A DNA stretch of 64,000 bases from Camelus dromedarius (lineage: Eukaryota): assembly GCF_036321535.1 (NCBI RefSeq), contig NC_087436.1, positions 115,818,001 through 115,882,000 of the forward strand, given 5' to 3'. A model generated the notes under the pieces. It saw nothing but the letters and a program-made list of their open reading frames with translations, did no database searches and had not been told where the DNA came from. The position numbers were made by a program, and so were the translations under genes. This document shows, one piece after another, positions 1 to 14,825 of the stretch (the first letter of the stretch is position 1; the number at the start of each line of letters is the position of its first letter).

Positions 1-480
1 CCATGTCACCACTTACATAAAGACCAAACGCCTTCCAATGGCCTCGCTGGCCTGCATGGCTCATGGCCTCCTCCTTGTGACCTCAACTAGCCTTCCCTCC
101 TTGGCACATCCATGTTAGAGGTGTGGGCCTTTCCTGTCCTCCCCTCTGCCGGGAAGTGTTTCCCCCACAGACGGCACTCGTTAACCCCCTCCCTGCCTGG
201 GTCCGTTGTCACCTCTCAGAACCCTCCTCATATCCTCTCCATTTACCCATCAAACATGGTAACCCTCTTAATCTCCTTTATGTTTTCCCCAGCATTTATT
301 ACTATCTGATGTATTTTATGTGTAGAATATTTTCTGTTTATTGTCTCCCCTTTTACTCCCAAAGTATATAAATTCCATTCTAAGAAAGCATGGATTTTGA
401 TCAATCTTTGGTCCCCAGCCCCTAAAGGAGTCCTTGGTTCATAAAAGGTTCTCAAAGAATAAATGGAAGACTTAATGAAT
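1..480 (+). mobile_element. Degenerate LINE-2 3' fragment
   Basis: Pyrimidine-rich L2-like body ending in a degenerate L2 terminus (ccttggttcataaaaggttctcaaagaataaatggaagacttaatgaat). Confidence 0.55.
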
Positions 481-1340
481 CTGCAAACCTCAGTCTGAGC
501 AACATCCTTACCTGAGCACAATTACTTTTGAAAATGCAGCGTGCTCGTGGCATTCAGTTTGATCCAGTTTGCAATCATTGGAGTGAAAGAATTTCCTTTT
601 GGAAGCAATTGTATAAGCCATCAGCTCCCTTGAGGGTGCTTTTATCAGCTCTGAAAGCAAGTTTTGCCATTCATCAGCTGTTTGCAGGAGGACTGAGCCG
701 ACCTCTCTGTGCTGAGCATCGGTACCCTCTCCGCTGGCCGCTGAGAGATGTGAAGTTCTGGGAAGACCTCTGGCTTGCTGCAGTGTGCCCTGTCAGCTGG
801 CCCTGCCACCTGCCACAGGAGAGGTGATGTCCAGTCACTTGTTATTCCAATATGCATCCACTTCATCTCTTTTTCTCTCTCCTTTTTTCTTCTCTTGACC
901 TGAGTTAATCCTCTCATTATCTGTCTCCCACTTGGATCAAATCCCCCTTCAACTTTAGTTCTTATCCTGACTGCGAATTTGACAGCCTCCCCAGGGACTT
1001 CACAAGAGCCAGTGTTTTAAAGATCCCTTTTTCGGTCCCAGGCCCAGTTGGCAGCTGATGAACAAAGAAGAGTGGAGTCCTTCCCAAGGAAACAGCATCA
1101 CTGAGAGTCCGCCTCTAAGAATGCTGCGTCTTGTCTGCAGAAATCTAAGCCTAAGCATTAAATAAGAGAAGGAGTCAGGCCAGGATGAATATTTGTGGAA
1201 ATGTGCTTTGTGTCAGGAATGGGGTCGCCTGCGTTTGTCATTGTTTATCTCAAATGATGGCTGCATGCAGCTCGCACATTAAGTAACAATCATCCCCATG
1301 TAAAGGGTCCCACTTCAAAAAAGAAATAAGAATACAGCAC

Positions 1341-1976
1341 TGTCATTGAACCCAAGTTCGTGTGTCCGATGCACAGTGAGGCCAAACAAACCAAAATGTT
1401 GGAGTTTGGAGCAGAAAAATGTTTATTGCAGGGCCAAGGGATGAGGACTAAAGACTTGAAGTCCCCAAAGGTTCTTAGGGAAGAGTTTTAAAGGGGAAGG
1501 TGAGGGAGGAGAGTGTGATCAGCTCGTGCTCAGTTTTCTGATTGGTTGATGATGAGGTAACAGGGTGTGTCACAGGAGTTAACATTATCAATCCTCAGAC
1601 TCCAGTGGATCTGGGGGCTACCTGCTCATGGTCATCAAGTAGTTAATGTCTTCCATTTGGTGGGGGTTTTAGCATCCACAGAACAACTCAGGAAATGAAT
1701 GTCAGATACTGTTATCTAGGTACTTCAGGAAGCAACTAAAGATTCTGTGCTGCCAAATGGCTGACTTACTGCTTAAATTTTTACCAGCTCTCCTGGCACA
1801 ACTGCTGTTTATGTTACTAGATGTTCACATCCTTTCAATCATTAATTCTTGAGCCGGGTTTTTGTGACCCACGGGAGGCCTGGGGGACTGCAGCTTTTCT
1901 ATAAATATGTGTCAGGTAAAGTACTTGGGAGGAGGGGCCGTCATGAGAAGACCCCGTAGGATCCTGTTTGGTGGCA
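1341..1976 (-). mobile_element. ERV1-class solo LTR (cetartiodactyl-type)
   Basis: TG...CA termini (tgtcattgaacccaagttcg ... ggtggca); tttatt (AATAAA on minus) near the left end; resembles ruminant/camelid ERV1 LTRs; no TSD found. Confidence 0.7.
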
Positions 1977-2634
1977 ATTCCCCTGTTCAAAACCATTAGG
2001 TGGCTTCCCATCATGCAAGGCTAAAACCTTGAGGTCTAACCATGGCCAACTGGGGCCTGCTCACCTGCCCGACCTCATGCCCCACTCCTCTCACCGCTCG
2101 CCAGCCCCCCACTACCCAGCAATGGGACCTCGTACCATTTTTGCAAAAACTCTTGTGACTGCACATTTACTGTTTCTCTTGCATGCCCTGCCCTCCTCTT
2201 CCCACTACTCTAAGCCTATGATTCACAGTTTCTCTTCTTTAAGACTCCTGACTGTCATCTTTCCAGAAAGACCTAAGCTCACCACTCTAGAGAGTGGCTT
2301 CCAAATCTGGAAACAGACCCAGAAAGCGGACGATCCATGGTTTATTGGCACTGCATTTCAACCCAAGGTGAAATAATAAAATTTGGATTACCAGTCTTTA
2401 CATCCACCTTGTTTTTAAGTTGCATCTTTTCACCTGCATCCCTCCCCTCGCTTACTCTCTGCCCTGCTTTGTCATTACTATACCTTCTTTATGTTTTCAA
2501 TGTATCTTTAAAGTTACTTATATGTTCCCTGAGGGCCAGACCTAGCTTTGTTTACTGCCAGCAATCTGGGGTCTAGAAAGATGCTGGCGCAGAGTTGGCA
2601 CCAGATAAATGTGGTTGGAATTACGGAGTGAGTG
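1977..2634 (+). mobile_element. Degenerate LINE-2 3' fragment
   Basis: cccctgttcaaaaccattaggtggcttccc near the start; L2-like end atgctggcgcagagttggcaccagataaatgtggttggaa. Confidence 0.55.
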
Positions 2635-2735
2635 GAAACAGAAAATGTAAATAGTTTGTTCAAGGTCACAAAGCTACTAAGTGGTTTAGACAAAATCTGA
2701 AGCAAATTTTTATTCCAAAGCCTACACTTCCACTG
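2635..2735 (-). mobile_element. MIR SINE core fragment
   Basis: ttgttcaaggtcacaaagctactaagtgg matches the reverse-complement MIR core. Confidence 0.6.
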
Positions 2736-4789
2736 CTCCAAATCGAACTCTTTTTCGTTTGTGTGTTTTGTTTTGTGGTCATTTAAAATGTAGAGACACC
2801 AGGGGGTGGAGAGGGGTAGTCAGCACTAAAGCTATGGCCAGGTTATTGGTGAAATGAAAGAAGACAACCATGGCAGAAGACGAGGTGTCACTTTATAGGG
2901 AAGAGGCTGGATCTTGGGAGTCCCAGGGAACCGTGTCTGTCTGCCTCTTCCACCTCCCAGCCCTTTTGAACTTGGGTAATTTTGTTAGGCTTCCATTTCT
3001 GCAGCCACACAGTGAAACTAAGAGTAAACTGTAAAGTGATCACAATCTGCATCCAGACTCTGAGATTCAGAAAGCATGGATTCAAACTCTGATATTCTGA
3101 TACAATCCCTGACCTTGGTCAAGCTATTTACTCTTGCTAAGGTGCTAAATTCAACTTGCTAACCACCAGTGTAAATGGGAAATAAAACCAGTGTCTTCAT
3201 AATTAGGTAACTGTGAGTCCATCCATATAAACTGCTTAACCCAGCACTCAATATATGCAAGTCATTTCTTGCTTCCACTGATTTGCTGTCTCTCTTCCTC
3301 CTCTTTCTCCATAGCGGTAGCAGTAGTATTAAAGAATGGTAGTAAACGCTTCAGTAGGTAAAGATAAAATTGTGGCCCTTTCTTAAAATAATGTCAATGT
3401 TTCTTGAAGACAGAGACTCTTATCCTGAGTACACACTCTGTCTAATACTCTACCAGAAGAATAAAGAAGCATTATAATATGCTTACAAATATTTGTAAAG
3501 ATTAACAAGAAACAATTAAATGAATCAACGTAGCTTTTCAACATGACTCAATAGCAGTTGTCAATGCATATACAGGGAAGTGTTAGTTAAGAGCCACTGG
3601 GAATGTTGGCATTCATAAAAAGTAATAATAATGATTTTTAAGTTTTAGAATCACTCATTCCCACATTATTTAATTGATTTGCACACACTCAGCATTGTAG
3701 GCAGGTGGGTGGTCATTATTTTTGTTTGGCCCCCACAGAAATCTTTAAGTATTTCACATATGGCTCCTACAATGGTCTTCCTTATTTCATAATGCTCAGC
3801 GTACTTCTTTTATTCTTGTGCCATGTTTTAGTCAATACGTATTTCAATTCAATGAAACATCAATTGAGCATTTCTTAAATGCCCAGCTTGGGGGATCTAG
3901 AGATGGATTTGCACAAACTTTGAAGCAGAAAGACTTGGATTCTGGAGAGACAGGTACACCAATAGTATAACCCACAATTCTTTAAGCTGCCCCTGCCTGT
4001 GGGTACAGTTGGATAAGTATAATAGTAGAGCAGAGAACTCTCCCTAACTTAAACCTGCAGACTCACCGGAAATGCAGACCCAGAGACTCCTATCCCAGTT
4101 AAGACAGGACAATAGGTGCTTTGCACTTGAGCCAGGCATTTTTGCAAAAGGTTGGGCAAGGAGTAGATTGGGACCATCATGACGATCCTTGAAATTCATG
4201 GAAAACAAAGATAGTTCTTAAAAGCAGTATTTCAGTACAAGGCTGCTATTTGGAAATCAGTCCGTTATGCCAAGTGGAGATAGGGATATCAGAATAAAGA
4301 GGAATTCAAAGCACCGTACTGTCAGCAGTAGGGGAAAGTTAGCTAAAGGCAGAGAGATTCTTCAAGAAAAATGACACCTATTGTTAAATCTACTTCATTG
4401 CTACATAAAAACTAGATTTTTCTTCCACATTTCCCTGAAATGTCTTCACCTAGATGATATATTTTTATAGACTTAGAGCTTGTAAACATTCCCTTAACAG
4501 AAATAGTTTGATTGTCAGGTCTCCTGGGATGGTGGTACAATTTCTGAGCTGAAAAAGGCACAGTATAAGACAAATTTTGTTGTTTTTCCAGATAATTCTT
4601 GCACAGAGAACCCACTAGCACCTATGTTTTCAACACTTGCCTTAAAAGTGGGGAATTCATTAGTACATGGGCATGTGTGATATCTCTTTCCACCAATCAG
4701 CGACCTACCTGAAATGCCTCAGCAGCTAAATGAGATGGAGATTGAGGGAAGACATTGAGACAAGATCAAGGAAAATGATGAAGAATGAA

Positions 4790-5105
4790 GCCCCTAATCC
4801 ATGGCATCTAATACATTCACAGTCCAAATAGAACAAAAAGGTAAATGAAGAATGAATTTACTCTCTCTGCTTGAAAAACTAGGGTATCTATCTTCTGCTG
4901 TCCTTGGAGACCAGCTCTCCTGGTCCTTGAGCCTTTGGACACAGACTGAATCACATCACCATCTTTCCTGGGTCTCTAGTTTGCAGATGGTAGATCATGG
5001 ACCTTTCTGATCTTCATAATCTCATGAGCCAATTCTTATAATAAATCTTCTCTCCCTCTTTCTCTGTCTCTCTATAGATTAGATAGATAGATGATAGATA
5101 GATAA

Positions 5106-5136
<31 letters not shown>

Positions 5137-5205
5137 CAAAGATGCAATCTACAGTTATATATTATATCTTATATGCATCTGTTTCTCTAGAGAGTCCAAA
5201 CTAAC
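4790..5205 (+). mobile_element. MLT2-type ERVL LTR, 3' portion
   Basis: tttcctgggtctctagtttgcagatggtagatcatggacc, catgagccaattcttataataaatct, terminus ctgtttctctagagagtccaaactaaca. Confidence 0.75.
5074..5136. repeat. (GATA)n tetranucleotide microsatellite inside MLT2
   Basis: Interrupted tagatagata array, seen directly. Confidence 0.95.
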
Positions 5206-6220
5206 AGGCTTACCAATACAATGATGGAATTAAAAAGATAAGACTGGATAACAGATTCATTTAGAACAATTTAAAAAATACAAATCTTAGACTAATTAAT
5301 TTGATGAGGTGGTAGAAGAGGTTGTTCAATAAAAAAGTAGATTAAGAAGGATGTTTAAATTTTGATCCTAGAGCCGTGGAAAAATGTATCTCAGGCACAA
5401 TTTTTAGCTAATTATGCTAACACTGTCATTAAATAAGATGTAGCTATCAATAGGGTAAAGCTTATTTCTCTTTAATTTCTAAATTGTGTCTGACTTCTAT
5501 AGTTTCTCCTCTCTCTTATTTTTTCTCTCAAGAAACCTAGACTTTTAAGTATCATTTTATGGATTTAATAAATACGTCCTTTCCAAGAGCTTAGTCATTT
5601 CCAGTACACATACACCAATGCCTGTGAGGGAGGTGACTGTCTCTACTTTGCAGACATAATGAGTCTACCTACACCTTAAGAAGAAATAACAGCTGATGAT
5701 CTGGTTTATGTGGATAAAAACAGGTTTAGCAGAGACCTTTTAAATTTCCAGTTAAAGAGTGTTTATTTCTTATGCATGTTTTTTAGTGTATAGAATGGGA
5801 AGTTTATTAATTTACTTCAAGCTAGAAATTTGAAGGCCTCCTGAATTACGTTACAGCTCCTTCCTTTCTTGGAAATCGCTACTTCTCTTCCCAGCTTACG
5901 TCAAGCTGAAGTCTTCAAGTGAATTAGAATTGAATTGCTGTCTCCTGGCTTCGGTACAAAATTCTCCCCGTCATGCAAATTTAGTTAACTGAGGGCCACG
6001 TCCCAAACCCTAAAACAACCTCCATGGTAATGATTTTGAAGTAAAGAAACCCCTGGCTGGGACTCTGTCTAGACATGGGTACCCAACCAGACTTGGCAGC
6101 TTAAATGATTTCTGCCATCTCGATGGTTGTCCCAGGCAAGTCAATTGTGCAACGTCTACGGGAGCTGGTGCAGCAATTTATAGTCTTGGCTCATCCGGAC
6201 GCTAGGATAACATCACCGGC

Positions 6221-6733
6221 TTAATAGATGCTTTTATGGAGGTAACATTCACATAACAGTGATCATTTTAAAGTGCATAACTCAGCTGCATTTAGTAAAT
6301 TTGCAGTGTTGTGTAAGCACCACCTCTATCAATGTGCAGAGCATTTTCTTCATGACAAATACACTCCCAACCACTAAGCAATCTCTCTCCAGTCCTCACG
6401 CCAACTTCAAGGCCCTGACAGTCACCAATATGCTTTCTGTTTCTAGGAATTCACCTGTTCTGGATTTTCTGTGTAAATGAAATCATTCAGTACGTGGTCT
6501 TTTGTGTTTGGCTTCTTTCACTCACTATGTTGCCAGACTTCATTCGTGGTGAAGTATGTGTCAGTACTCCACTCCTCATCAGGGATGAATAATATTTCAT
6601 TGTATAGACATACATTTCACTTTTTAATCTATTTATTTGTCAATGAACAATTGAGTTGTTTCTACCTTCTGAATATTTTGAATAGAGCCACTATGGGCAT
6701 TTTTGTACAAGTGTTTGAGTATCTGTTTTCAAC
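6221..6733 (-). mobile_element. Old L1 (L1MB-like) 3' UTR fragment
   Basis: Reverse-strand L1 3' end motifs (gaataatatttcattgtatagacat, gggcatttttgtacaagtgttt). Confidence 0.75.
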
Positions 6734-9700
6734 TGACTGGAATGTCCCAAAGGATTTAAAAAGGGCGGAGGCAGATTGGATTGGGGAAGAAGGAACTAGA
6801 AGAAACTAGACGGTTTGGGCTGAACGTGCTTTCAGGTACTCTCTAATTAGCTTGTATTTTTATTTACCTTTTTCATTATTGCTTTATCAGGATCTAGAGG
6901 GATCCCTGACACAAGGCAGGTGTTCTGTAAATATTCTTGGAATAAGAATACGTTACTTTGCTATCTTGTGCTCCTAATATGACAGTCAATGACATTTTCT
7001 CAAATTATTATTTTTAACTTAAAAAGAAATGATTTGGTGTGTCCAGAAAAATAATTTCCACAATTTGTTTAATACAATCACTGTTTTCCTCTCTCTTTTA
7101 TAATCCCACACACTTTATTAAATCACCTACCACCTAATACTTTATGATTTGAAGCTTGTTTGCTTCAAGAGTCTTCATGTTATCTGTGAGGGGGTCTCAA
7201 CATTAAGTAAAGAAGTGCTTTGACAAGCTTGAGAGTGAGATTTCCATATTTCCTGTTATTGTTAGTGATTCCCCTTGTTATTAGCCTGTTTTATATCTTT
7301 CTGTCAATTGTGTGTCATGTGTTCTGAATTATACAAGCAGAATTTCATGGCGGCACGTATAACAATAGGAGAGTTACGACAGGCTGTTCTTTGTCTGCAA
7401 CTGATTTGTTATTTAAACTGAGCCCAGTGGAAAGAAATCATTTGTATTTTTTCCTCTTAGTTTTATACTTTCCTTGTATTCTCACGGCACCAAAATATTT
7501 TTGGGGGAATATAAGGCCATTACTAAAGAAGAAAAATAGCTATAATATTTAAGTTCTCACAAAAATACTTTATTTCAAAGCTGTCTTGCAGTAAATAAAT
7601 TCTTTCATAATGGTTAAAACCTGTGCTTGGTAATTCACTTGAGACATAGGAAATAATTAATAATCTTTCTGCACATTGTACCCAAGGATCTATTCCTCAC
7701 TGTTCTTCCCTCTGGTTTGAATGTGAAGTCTAAAATTTTAAAAGGAATGGGACTGAATCTTCAGACTTACAGATTTAAGACTCAGAGAACAGGTGTTCAT
7801 GGAGCTGAAGTTAAAAAAAAAAAAAAAAAGGAAAGCTTTTCTTAGCACCTGTAGAAGAGCCAAAACTTGCATTTCAGACATCTGTAAAAGAACGATGGAT
7901 TATGTCTCAAAATACTTTGTTCATTTGTTACAGGGTGAAAATAGCGACAACACTAAAAGTGTTTTAGATCTGTCTTTTTAGAGAGTTCCACTGCTGAAGC
8001 TGGGACGGGTCAAACACTTTAACTGTAGAGGAATAATGGTTTGTGTATTTCAATGGCTTTGCCAAGTTGAATCTCCTTACACTTTGGTGATGAGTATTTA
8101 ATTAGCAGAATGAGTATGTTCAGATGCTAAATCTTCTGGCCCGAGATCATTCCTGTGTTCTCTGCTCCTCATGGTAAGTTCAAGAAGTATTTTATGAAGA
8201 AGTATTTTGTCTCAAAACCACTCAGGCCACAGAGCAAATGTCCGTCTGTCAGCTTCTCTCTTCCGTAGAGAGATGCATTCATAAGTTTGGAGGAGCTTCA
8301 CCCAGAGCTGCAGATCCATCCAGGCCTGACACCAGGCCTCACCCACGCCTGAAGAACACTGAGGGCATCACATACCCAAAATTTGGATCCTGGAAGTTCT
8401 TTGACTTCTTGACATGCCTTACATCCTTCTACTTTGGTTTAAAATTGCAAATTTGATTTTAGATCCTGGAAGGCAGCAGCTCCAGCTTGGAGAACTTTCC
8501 AGAGATGATGTAAAAGGCAGTGACTTTAGTTTTGATGCATATGTTCTCGGGCATTGTTTTTCTAATTATGAAGTTTCTAACCCCTTGGCTAATACCATCT
8601 TCACATTTTCTTATCAGTTAATTACAGTCCTGGAGTGGCCATGATGTAGGTATGTGGGGCTATGGGCCCCTCCCTGGAAGGCCCCACCTACAGCCCAGCC
8701 CTGATCACCTTAACCACGACCCCCATCCATCTCCTTCTCATCCCATTCTTGATACTCTCTCTTGTCAAAGACCCTGTTGTTTTCAACTAGTACCCCTCAG
8801 TTTAAAGCATCCTGACCAAGGTCCTGCGGTCAGAGTGTGTGCCCCTGCAGAGCTGCGCAGTGGGCTCAGGGTTGTCCCAGGCCCTGCCCACGACCCGTTC
8901 AGTATACTCAGTCTTCTCGAGCTTTCCCGGCTGCCAACTCGGTTTTGTGCATGACTCTTCTATGCTTGTCATTTGGATGATCAGCTTTGTTATTTGACTT
9001 TTTTCCTAATTGCCACCTCTTATAGCAACCCCTCTGCTCCAACTTCACATTCAGAAAGTCACTTTCCCAGGCCTCAGTCCAACTGAGGATCCAAGCGGCC
9101 CTCCTTTTTATTTTTTTTTTTTTTAAGTACTTGGTGCATCCGCATCACACCTGTCTGAGAAGAAGGAGGGCCTTTTTTCTTTTTTTTAATACAATTGCCT
9201 TTCCTTGATTTCAACCTTCTCTTCCTCACCCTCTTCCCTCCTTTTTCTCTCCATTTACCTCTGACATACATCGAATGATTGGCATGTGTCAGGTACTCTA
9301 AAAGACACTGGATAAATAACAAACCAAAAATAAATGACAGCACGTTTCCTATCATTGTGGCTTCTAGGGAACCCAAATTCTAGTAGGGAGGGATGAAAAA
9401 TATTCAACAAGTATTTAGGCCACAAGTGCAGCATCCAGTATGTGGAAGGCACAGTAGGTGTTGGGCACTGTTCTTGCAAGAAAAGGAGCTTAAGGAGTAC
9501 AGATGCCGTTCTAGCCCGCTCTGCTGCTGAACTGCCACCGTGGGGGGCAGGGGGACAAGGCACAGCAGATCACAGCAATGTTTTAGAAAATTAAGTGTGG
9601 TTGCAACACGTGCTGTGAATAAGGAAATCTCACCATCCTGGGATAGGTAAGAACCGTTTCCTGAACAAGATAATATTTAAGCTTAATCGGGAAGAATAAA

Positions 9701-10600
9701 TTGAATTTCATTCACTGGAGAAATAGGAGGCTATTGTAGGCTTGTAATTCCATAGGTTAGGCAAAGGTTGTAATATCAACTTATTTTTTAAGGTGTTTAA
9801 GACTTAATAATTTATCTGGAAAAAGCAGATTGTTCGACTGAATAGAATAAAGAGAGTTTTACTTAAGTTTATGGGTCAAAGACTATTTGTTAGCAAAGAC
9901 TTTGGTGATACACAAAAATCAACTAACCGGAGAAGAGCAGAGATACCTTAATGAAATGAGCATAATTTATCAGGAAATAAAGGGGACCTGGGCTGATAAG
10001 ATTTTCATAAGAAGAATGGAGGCAGATCTTCCCATTGGATGAAGACATACATTGCTACTTAGATACTATGTAACTAGCAGTTCAACAGTAAATTTAGGAA
10101 GAAAATAGCATGGCTGGTTTATAGATGAGAAATTAAAAGCAAAAGAGGGTAAGTGGCTTGCTGGAGGTCATAAAACTAATCTGAAGAAGTTAAATTAGAA
10201 CAAGCTCACATACATAGCAGTTCAATTATTTTTAAATATTACCAACAGCTTGAACCTTTCTTTGAGCCTCCCTTTTAGAACGATGGTGCTTGTTTTGTAT
10301 TTATGTTATAACTTTTCTACCTCAGTTCTCCTGGAGTGTTTTGTGTTCTGTCATATCTGTCTCTACATGAACGTATCTGTCTTTCCCCATTCACAGCAGT
10401 ACTGTGAAGGAGAGGGGAAAATACAGTAGTTGTTCCTGAGATGACGAAAGTGATGTTTGAAAATACTGAATAATGTTTCCAAGGTCATCAGGTTTCTAAG
10501 GAACAGAAAAGGAAAAGAAGCTTAATACTTTTAATGCAAAATTCAAGATTTTTTCGGTTTCATTTGTAGCATTGTCACAATTATGTCTTAGAACGGGTGA

Positions 10601-12615
10601 TTTTTTTTTTTTTTTTACTTTATATTTACACCAGCTTTAAATTTACAGAAAAATTGGGAGGATAATACAAATGGCTCCTGTACACTCATATATTCCCACA
10701 TAGTTTTCTTTTTATTAATATCTTACATTAGTATGGGGATTTGTTATAATCAATGAGCCAATATTGATCCATTATTATTAACTGAAGTCCATATTTTATT
10801 TAGATTCTCTTACTTTTTACTTAATGTCCTTTTTCTGTTTCAAAATTCCATATTAAATTTAGACTCCCACGGCTTCTCTTGGTCGTGACACTTCCTCAGA
10901 CTTCAGCATGACTTACCACTATTGATGTTGACCTTGACCACCTACCTGAAGTAGTATGTCCCAGACTTCTCCACCATAAATGTATTATATGTGTGTATTA
11001 CTCTCCCTTTCCACACGGTACTCTTTGGTAAGAAGTCAAAGAGCATCCCACACTTAAGGAATTGGGAGTTTTTTACTTCTCCTAAGGAGAGAATATTTCC
11101 ATAAATTATTTGAAGTTCTTCTGCATGGAGATTTGTCTCTTTTCCCCTATAAATTTCTTCAGTCATTTATTTACATCAGTGTGGACTTGCAGATATTTAT
11201 TTATTTTTTTTTTATTTGGGGCAATAATTCAATATTACTTTATCTTGTTGCTTAATTTATTCCATATTTGGGCATTAGTACTGGTTTCTTTTAAAATCAA
11301 ATTTAAATTTAATTTCATTTCAGAATTGCTCTTTGCCAGTATATGAGCAATGCATCGAATTTTTTGTATTAATCTTGTACTTTTCAATTTTGCCATCTTC
11401 CCCTATTAGTTCCAGGAGTGTTTTGTCTATTTCTTGGAATTCCCTACATAGATAATCTTGTCATCTATGAATAAATCTTTTTGCTTCTTCCTTTTAAATC
11501 TGTGTGTTTTATTTTATCTTCTCGTCTTATTGCACTAGTGAGGACTTTCAGCACAGTATTGAACAGGAGTGATAAGACAGGATAGCCTTACTTTGTTTCC
11601 AATCTTGGAAAACATCTAATTTACCAATATTAAATAAGATATTAGCTGTAGACTTTTTTGTAGATGTTCTTAATCAAATTGAGTACGTTCTCCTTTATTA
11701 GTTTACTGGGAAGTTTGTTTGTTTAACCATGAATGAGCCTTGGATTTTGTCAATACATTTGATGTGTTCATGTCAACTGCTAGGATCATCTGATTGTTCT
11801 TTAGTCTGTTGATGTAGTTAATTACAATAATTTCAAAATGCTGAAACTTCACATACGTGGAATAAAGCCTACTTGGCTATAATCTACAATTATTTCTATA
11901 TATATTTTCTTGGATTCTAATTGCTAACATTTTGGGGGGAATTTTTCATCTGTTCATGAGAAATATTGGTCTGTAGTTTTCCTTTCTTGTAATATATTTA
12001 TCTGATTTTGATATGAATATAATACTGGCCTCTAACAAAGGGTTATAAAGTGCTCCCCCTAATTCAGTTTTCTGGAATAGAGGTATGGAGCACTGGTATA
12101 ACTTCTTCCTTAAATACTGGGTATAATTTAATAATTAAAACATCTGGGTCTGATGCTTACTTTCTTTTTTAAAGGTTATTAATTTTTGATTCAATTTCAT
12201 CATTACATTTAGACTCATTCAGATAATCTGCATCTCCTCGTATACATTTTGGTAGTTTGTGTTTTAAGGGGTAGGTCCCCATCATGTAAGTCATCACATC
12301 TGTGAACACAGAGCTGTTTGTTGTATTCTGTCTTTATTCTTTTAATGTCTATGAGCTCACTAGAGATAAGCCCCTCTTTCCCTTCTGACACTGGTGATGA
12401 GTGTCTCCTCTTTTCTCTGTTCCCCCTCAACCCCGGCTACCCCGTACTAGAGTTATACATTTTACTGATCTTTTCAAAGAAACAGCTTTGGTTATGTTGA
12501 TTTTCCCTGTTGTTCTCCTGCTTTCAATTCATTGGTTTATGCTCTGTTTTTAATTTACTTTCTCATAGTTGCTTTAAACTTAAATTGCTTTTTGTATTAT
12601 TTTGTTTCCAAATTT
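10601..12615 (-). mobile_element. Old L1 (L1MC-like) 3' UTR plus degraded ORF2
   Basis: Poly-T at the left end, L1MC-type 3' end (ttacattagtatggggatttgttataatcaatgagccaatattgat), antisense ORF2-like sequence to about 12600. Confidence 0.8.
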
Positions 12616-14825
12616 CAATTGCAGAGAAATGGTATGTGGCATCCCCAGGCTTGATTAGATTGTTATCAATGCTCAGTATTCAGCTAAAGTATTCTGTCCT
12701 GAAATCAGTGAAGACCACACCTGAGTAATCAAAATCTCTTCTAAATTTCCAGGGAACATGCTATCTGTTTTTTCTTGGATATGGATTACAAGCAGATTAG
12801 ACTGTGATGTGCTGAGTGTGTATAGTATCTCTTCTATAAGACCGATCATTTCTTGACTAGAAGACATTTTGTACCAACATTTGGTATTTCAGCCACACCC
12901 AACATTGTGTTAAGAATACAGATGACATACAATAAATATTTATTCAGTGATTCTGGGTTATGTTCTGTGGTGATCTCAATATATATTAAATCAAACAGTG
13001 ATCTTTTCAAACTAGAAGTAGCACATCTGGTCAGCTTATTTCTAAAGAAAAAAAAAAAAGGAAAGGTTCATGATGACAGCAAATTCATTAGAATATTTCC
13101 TCTGCTAGAGTCATAGGAAACCTGCAATAGGGTGATAAAGCCACCACACCTTTACCCCAGTCAGAGAGCAATAAATATTTTGATATGTAACCAGGACTTT
13201 GCTATGCTTCTTCTACCATGATAAGATCCACCCTTGGCTATCTGGAGTGAATGTGGATCCAAAGTTCATTTCTGCTTCTTTAGAGGATAAAAGAGAGAGA
13301 AAGAGAAAAAAAAAAAAAATTCAACAAAGGGAAAATCAGGCCACACACAAAATCAGTGGCTTTGGAGGCCAACATAATCCGTTATTTTGGGGACTTTTTT
13401 GATTTTTTTGTTTTTGTTTTTGTTCTGTTTTTAATTAGTACTGTCCTATCTGAACAGAAAAACAAGACTATGTGAATTATTTATAATGTCCACATTTGGG
13501 AGTAGATAACGAATTCACATTCACTCAAATCATGGTCTATCCTAAACGGAAAGCAGCCCTTATTTCTATTAAACTTTTATTCAGTCTCCACTGTCTTTTT
13601 TTTTTCCTAAGAAAAACTAAAAATGTTGCATGAATATATTTGCTTTCCTTGCAAATACATGAGATAAACACGTGAGAATGTGGCTTGTAGTCCTGAGCTT
13701 ATCAAGATACGATAAAGCATGCAGTTGGTGGGCTAGCGTTCATGAAATCTTTCATTCGACCATCAGTGTTGGTGAAGTTCTTATTCTGTGTCAATTACAG
13801 GCTATGTGTTTTACACTGGTTATAGAGTTTACCAAAAAACAAAACAAAACAAACTTAATATAATGATAGGAACATTCTCCAAAGTAAAGGATGCTAGAAC
13901 ACGGTAGTCAACATTATAATTATTCACTTTAAGCCCCAATTTTTTTTCCTTATTGAGTTCCATGAATTATGATTTCCCTTTCTTGTGCTCCATTCAAGGA
14001 ATATTAGATGGATTGAGAGTCTGCTCATGCATATTTGGTAAATATGTCTTCTGTGAAGAAACAAGTAAAATAAGTGAGTTTTAGTGATGTAACAGAATAC
14101 TAAAATTATAAATATGATCAAGTAAGAAGCTCAGCTGTAAAGGAGCTCTATCTAGTGTTACAGTTCCCAGGTGATCAGGTATGTGGTGTTACAGAGATTA
14201 CTACAAAGACTGAGGGACCCCAGAGGGGAGAACCATTAAGTAAGCTTAGAGGTAGTGAGATACAGCTGTGAAGAAAACTTCTACCAGATGGAAACTAGGT
14301 AGTGGCGTTCTTAGCAGATGAATTAGAATGTGCAAAAGTATTGAGATAAGACAGAGTTCAGGGCACACAGGGACCAATCAATATTGCTGTGCATATGGGC
14401 AATAGGATCAGGTTTTCTGAGACTATCAAGAAATATGATTGGAAAGACATGCTATGGAAGTTTGGATTTTGGAGCATTACACAATACCTGGCATGCAACA
14501 GATGGTTAATAAGTAATTTATAACTGAATCTATTATATTTTTAGATAATGGAGACCCATTAGAGAGTTTAATTAAACATAAATTCTATAAAGATCACCCT
14601 AGTTCCTGAATAATAAGAAAAAGACAAGCGCACTAGAGTAGAGGAGAACTCTGCTCGACAAAGGGTAGTAGTGTGGGGCCCAAGTGCTAAATCCAAGAAG
14701 TATCTCACCGGCCAAACCATGAGGATTGTCTTTTATTGAAAGGGAAGGAAAATGGTGGAATCACACACATTCCAGAGGGTGTTATTTTCAAAGGACAAAA
14801 TTAGCAGGGTCTGTGTCTGAAACAG

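Noticed and set aside
7982..8173. Possible exon ending at ATG|GTAAGT
   Set aside because: The acceptor is ambiguous, and isolated consensus donors occur on both strands throughout the window.
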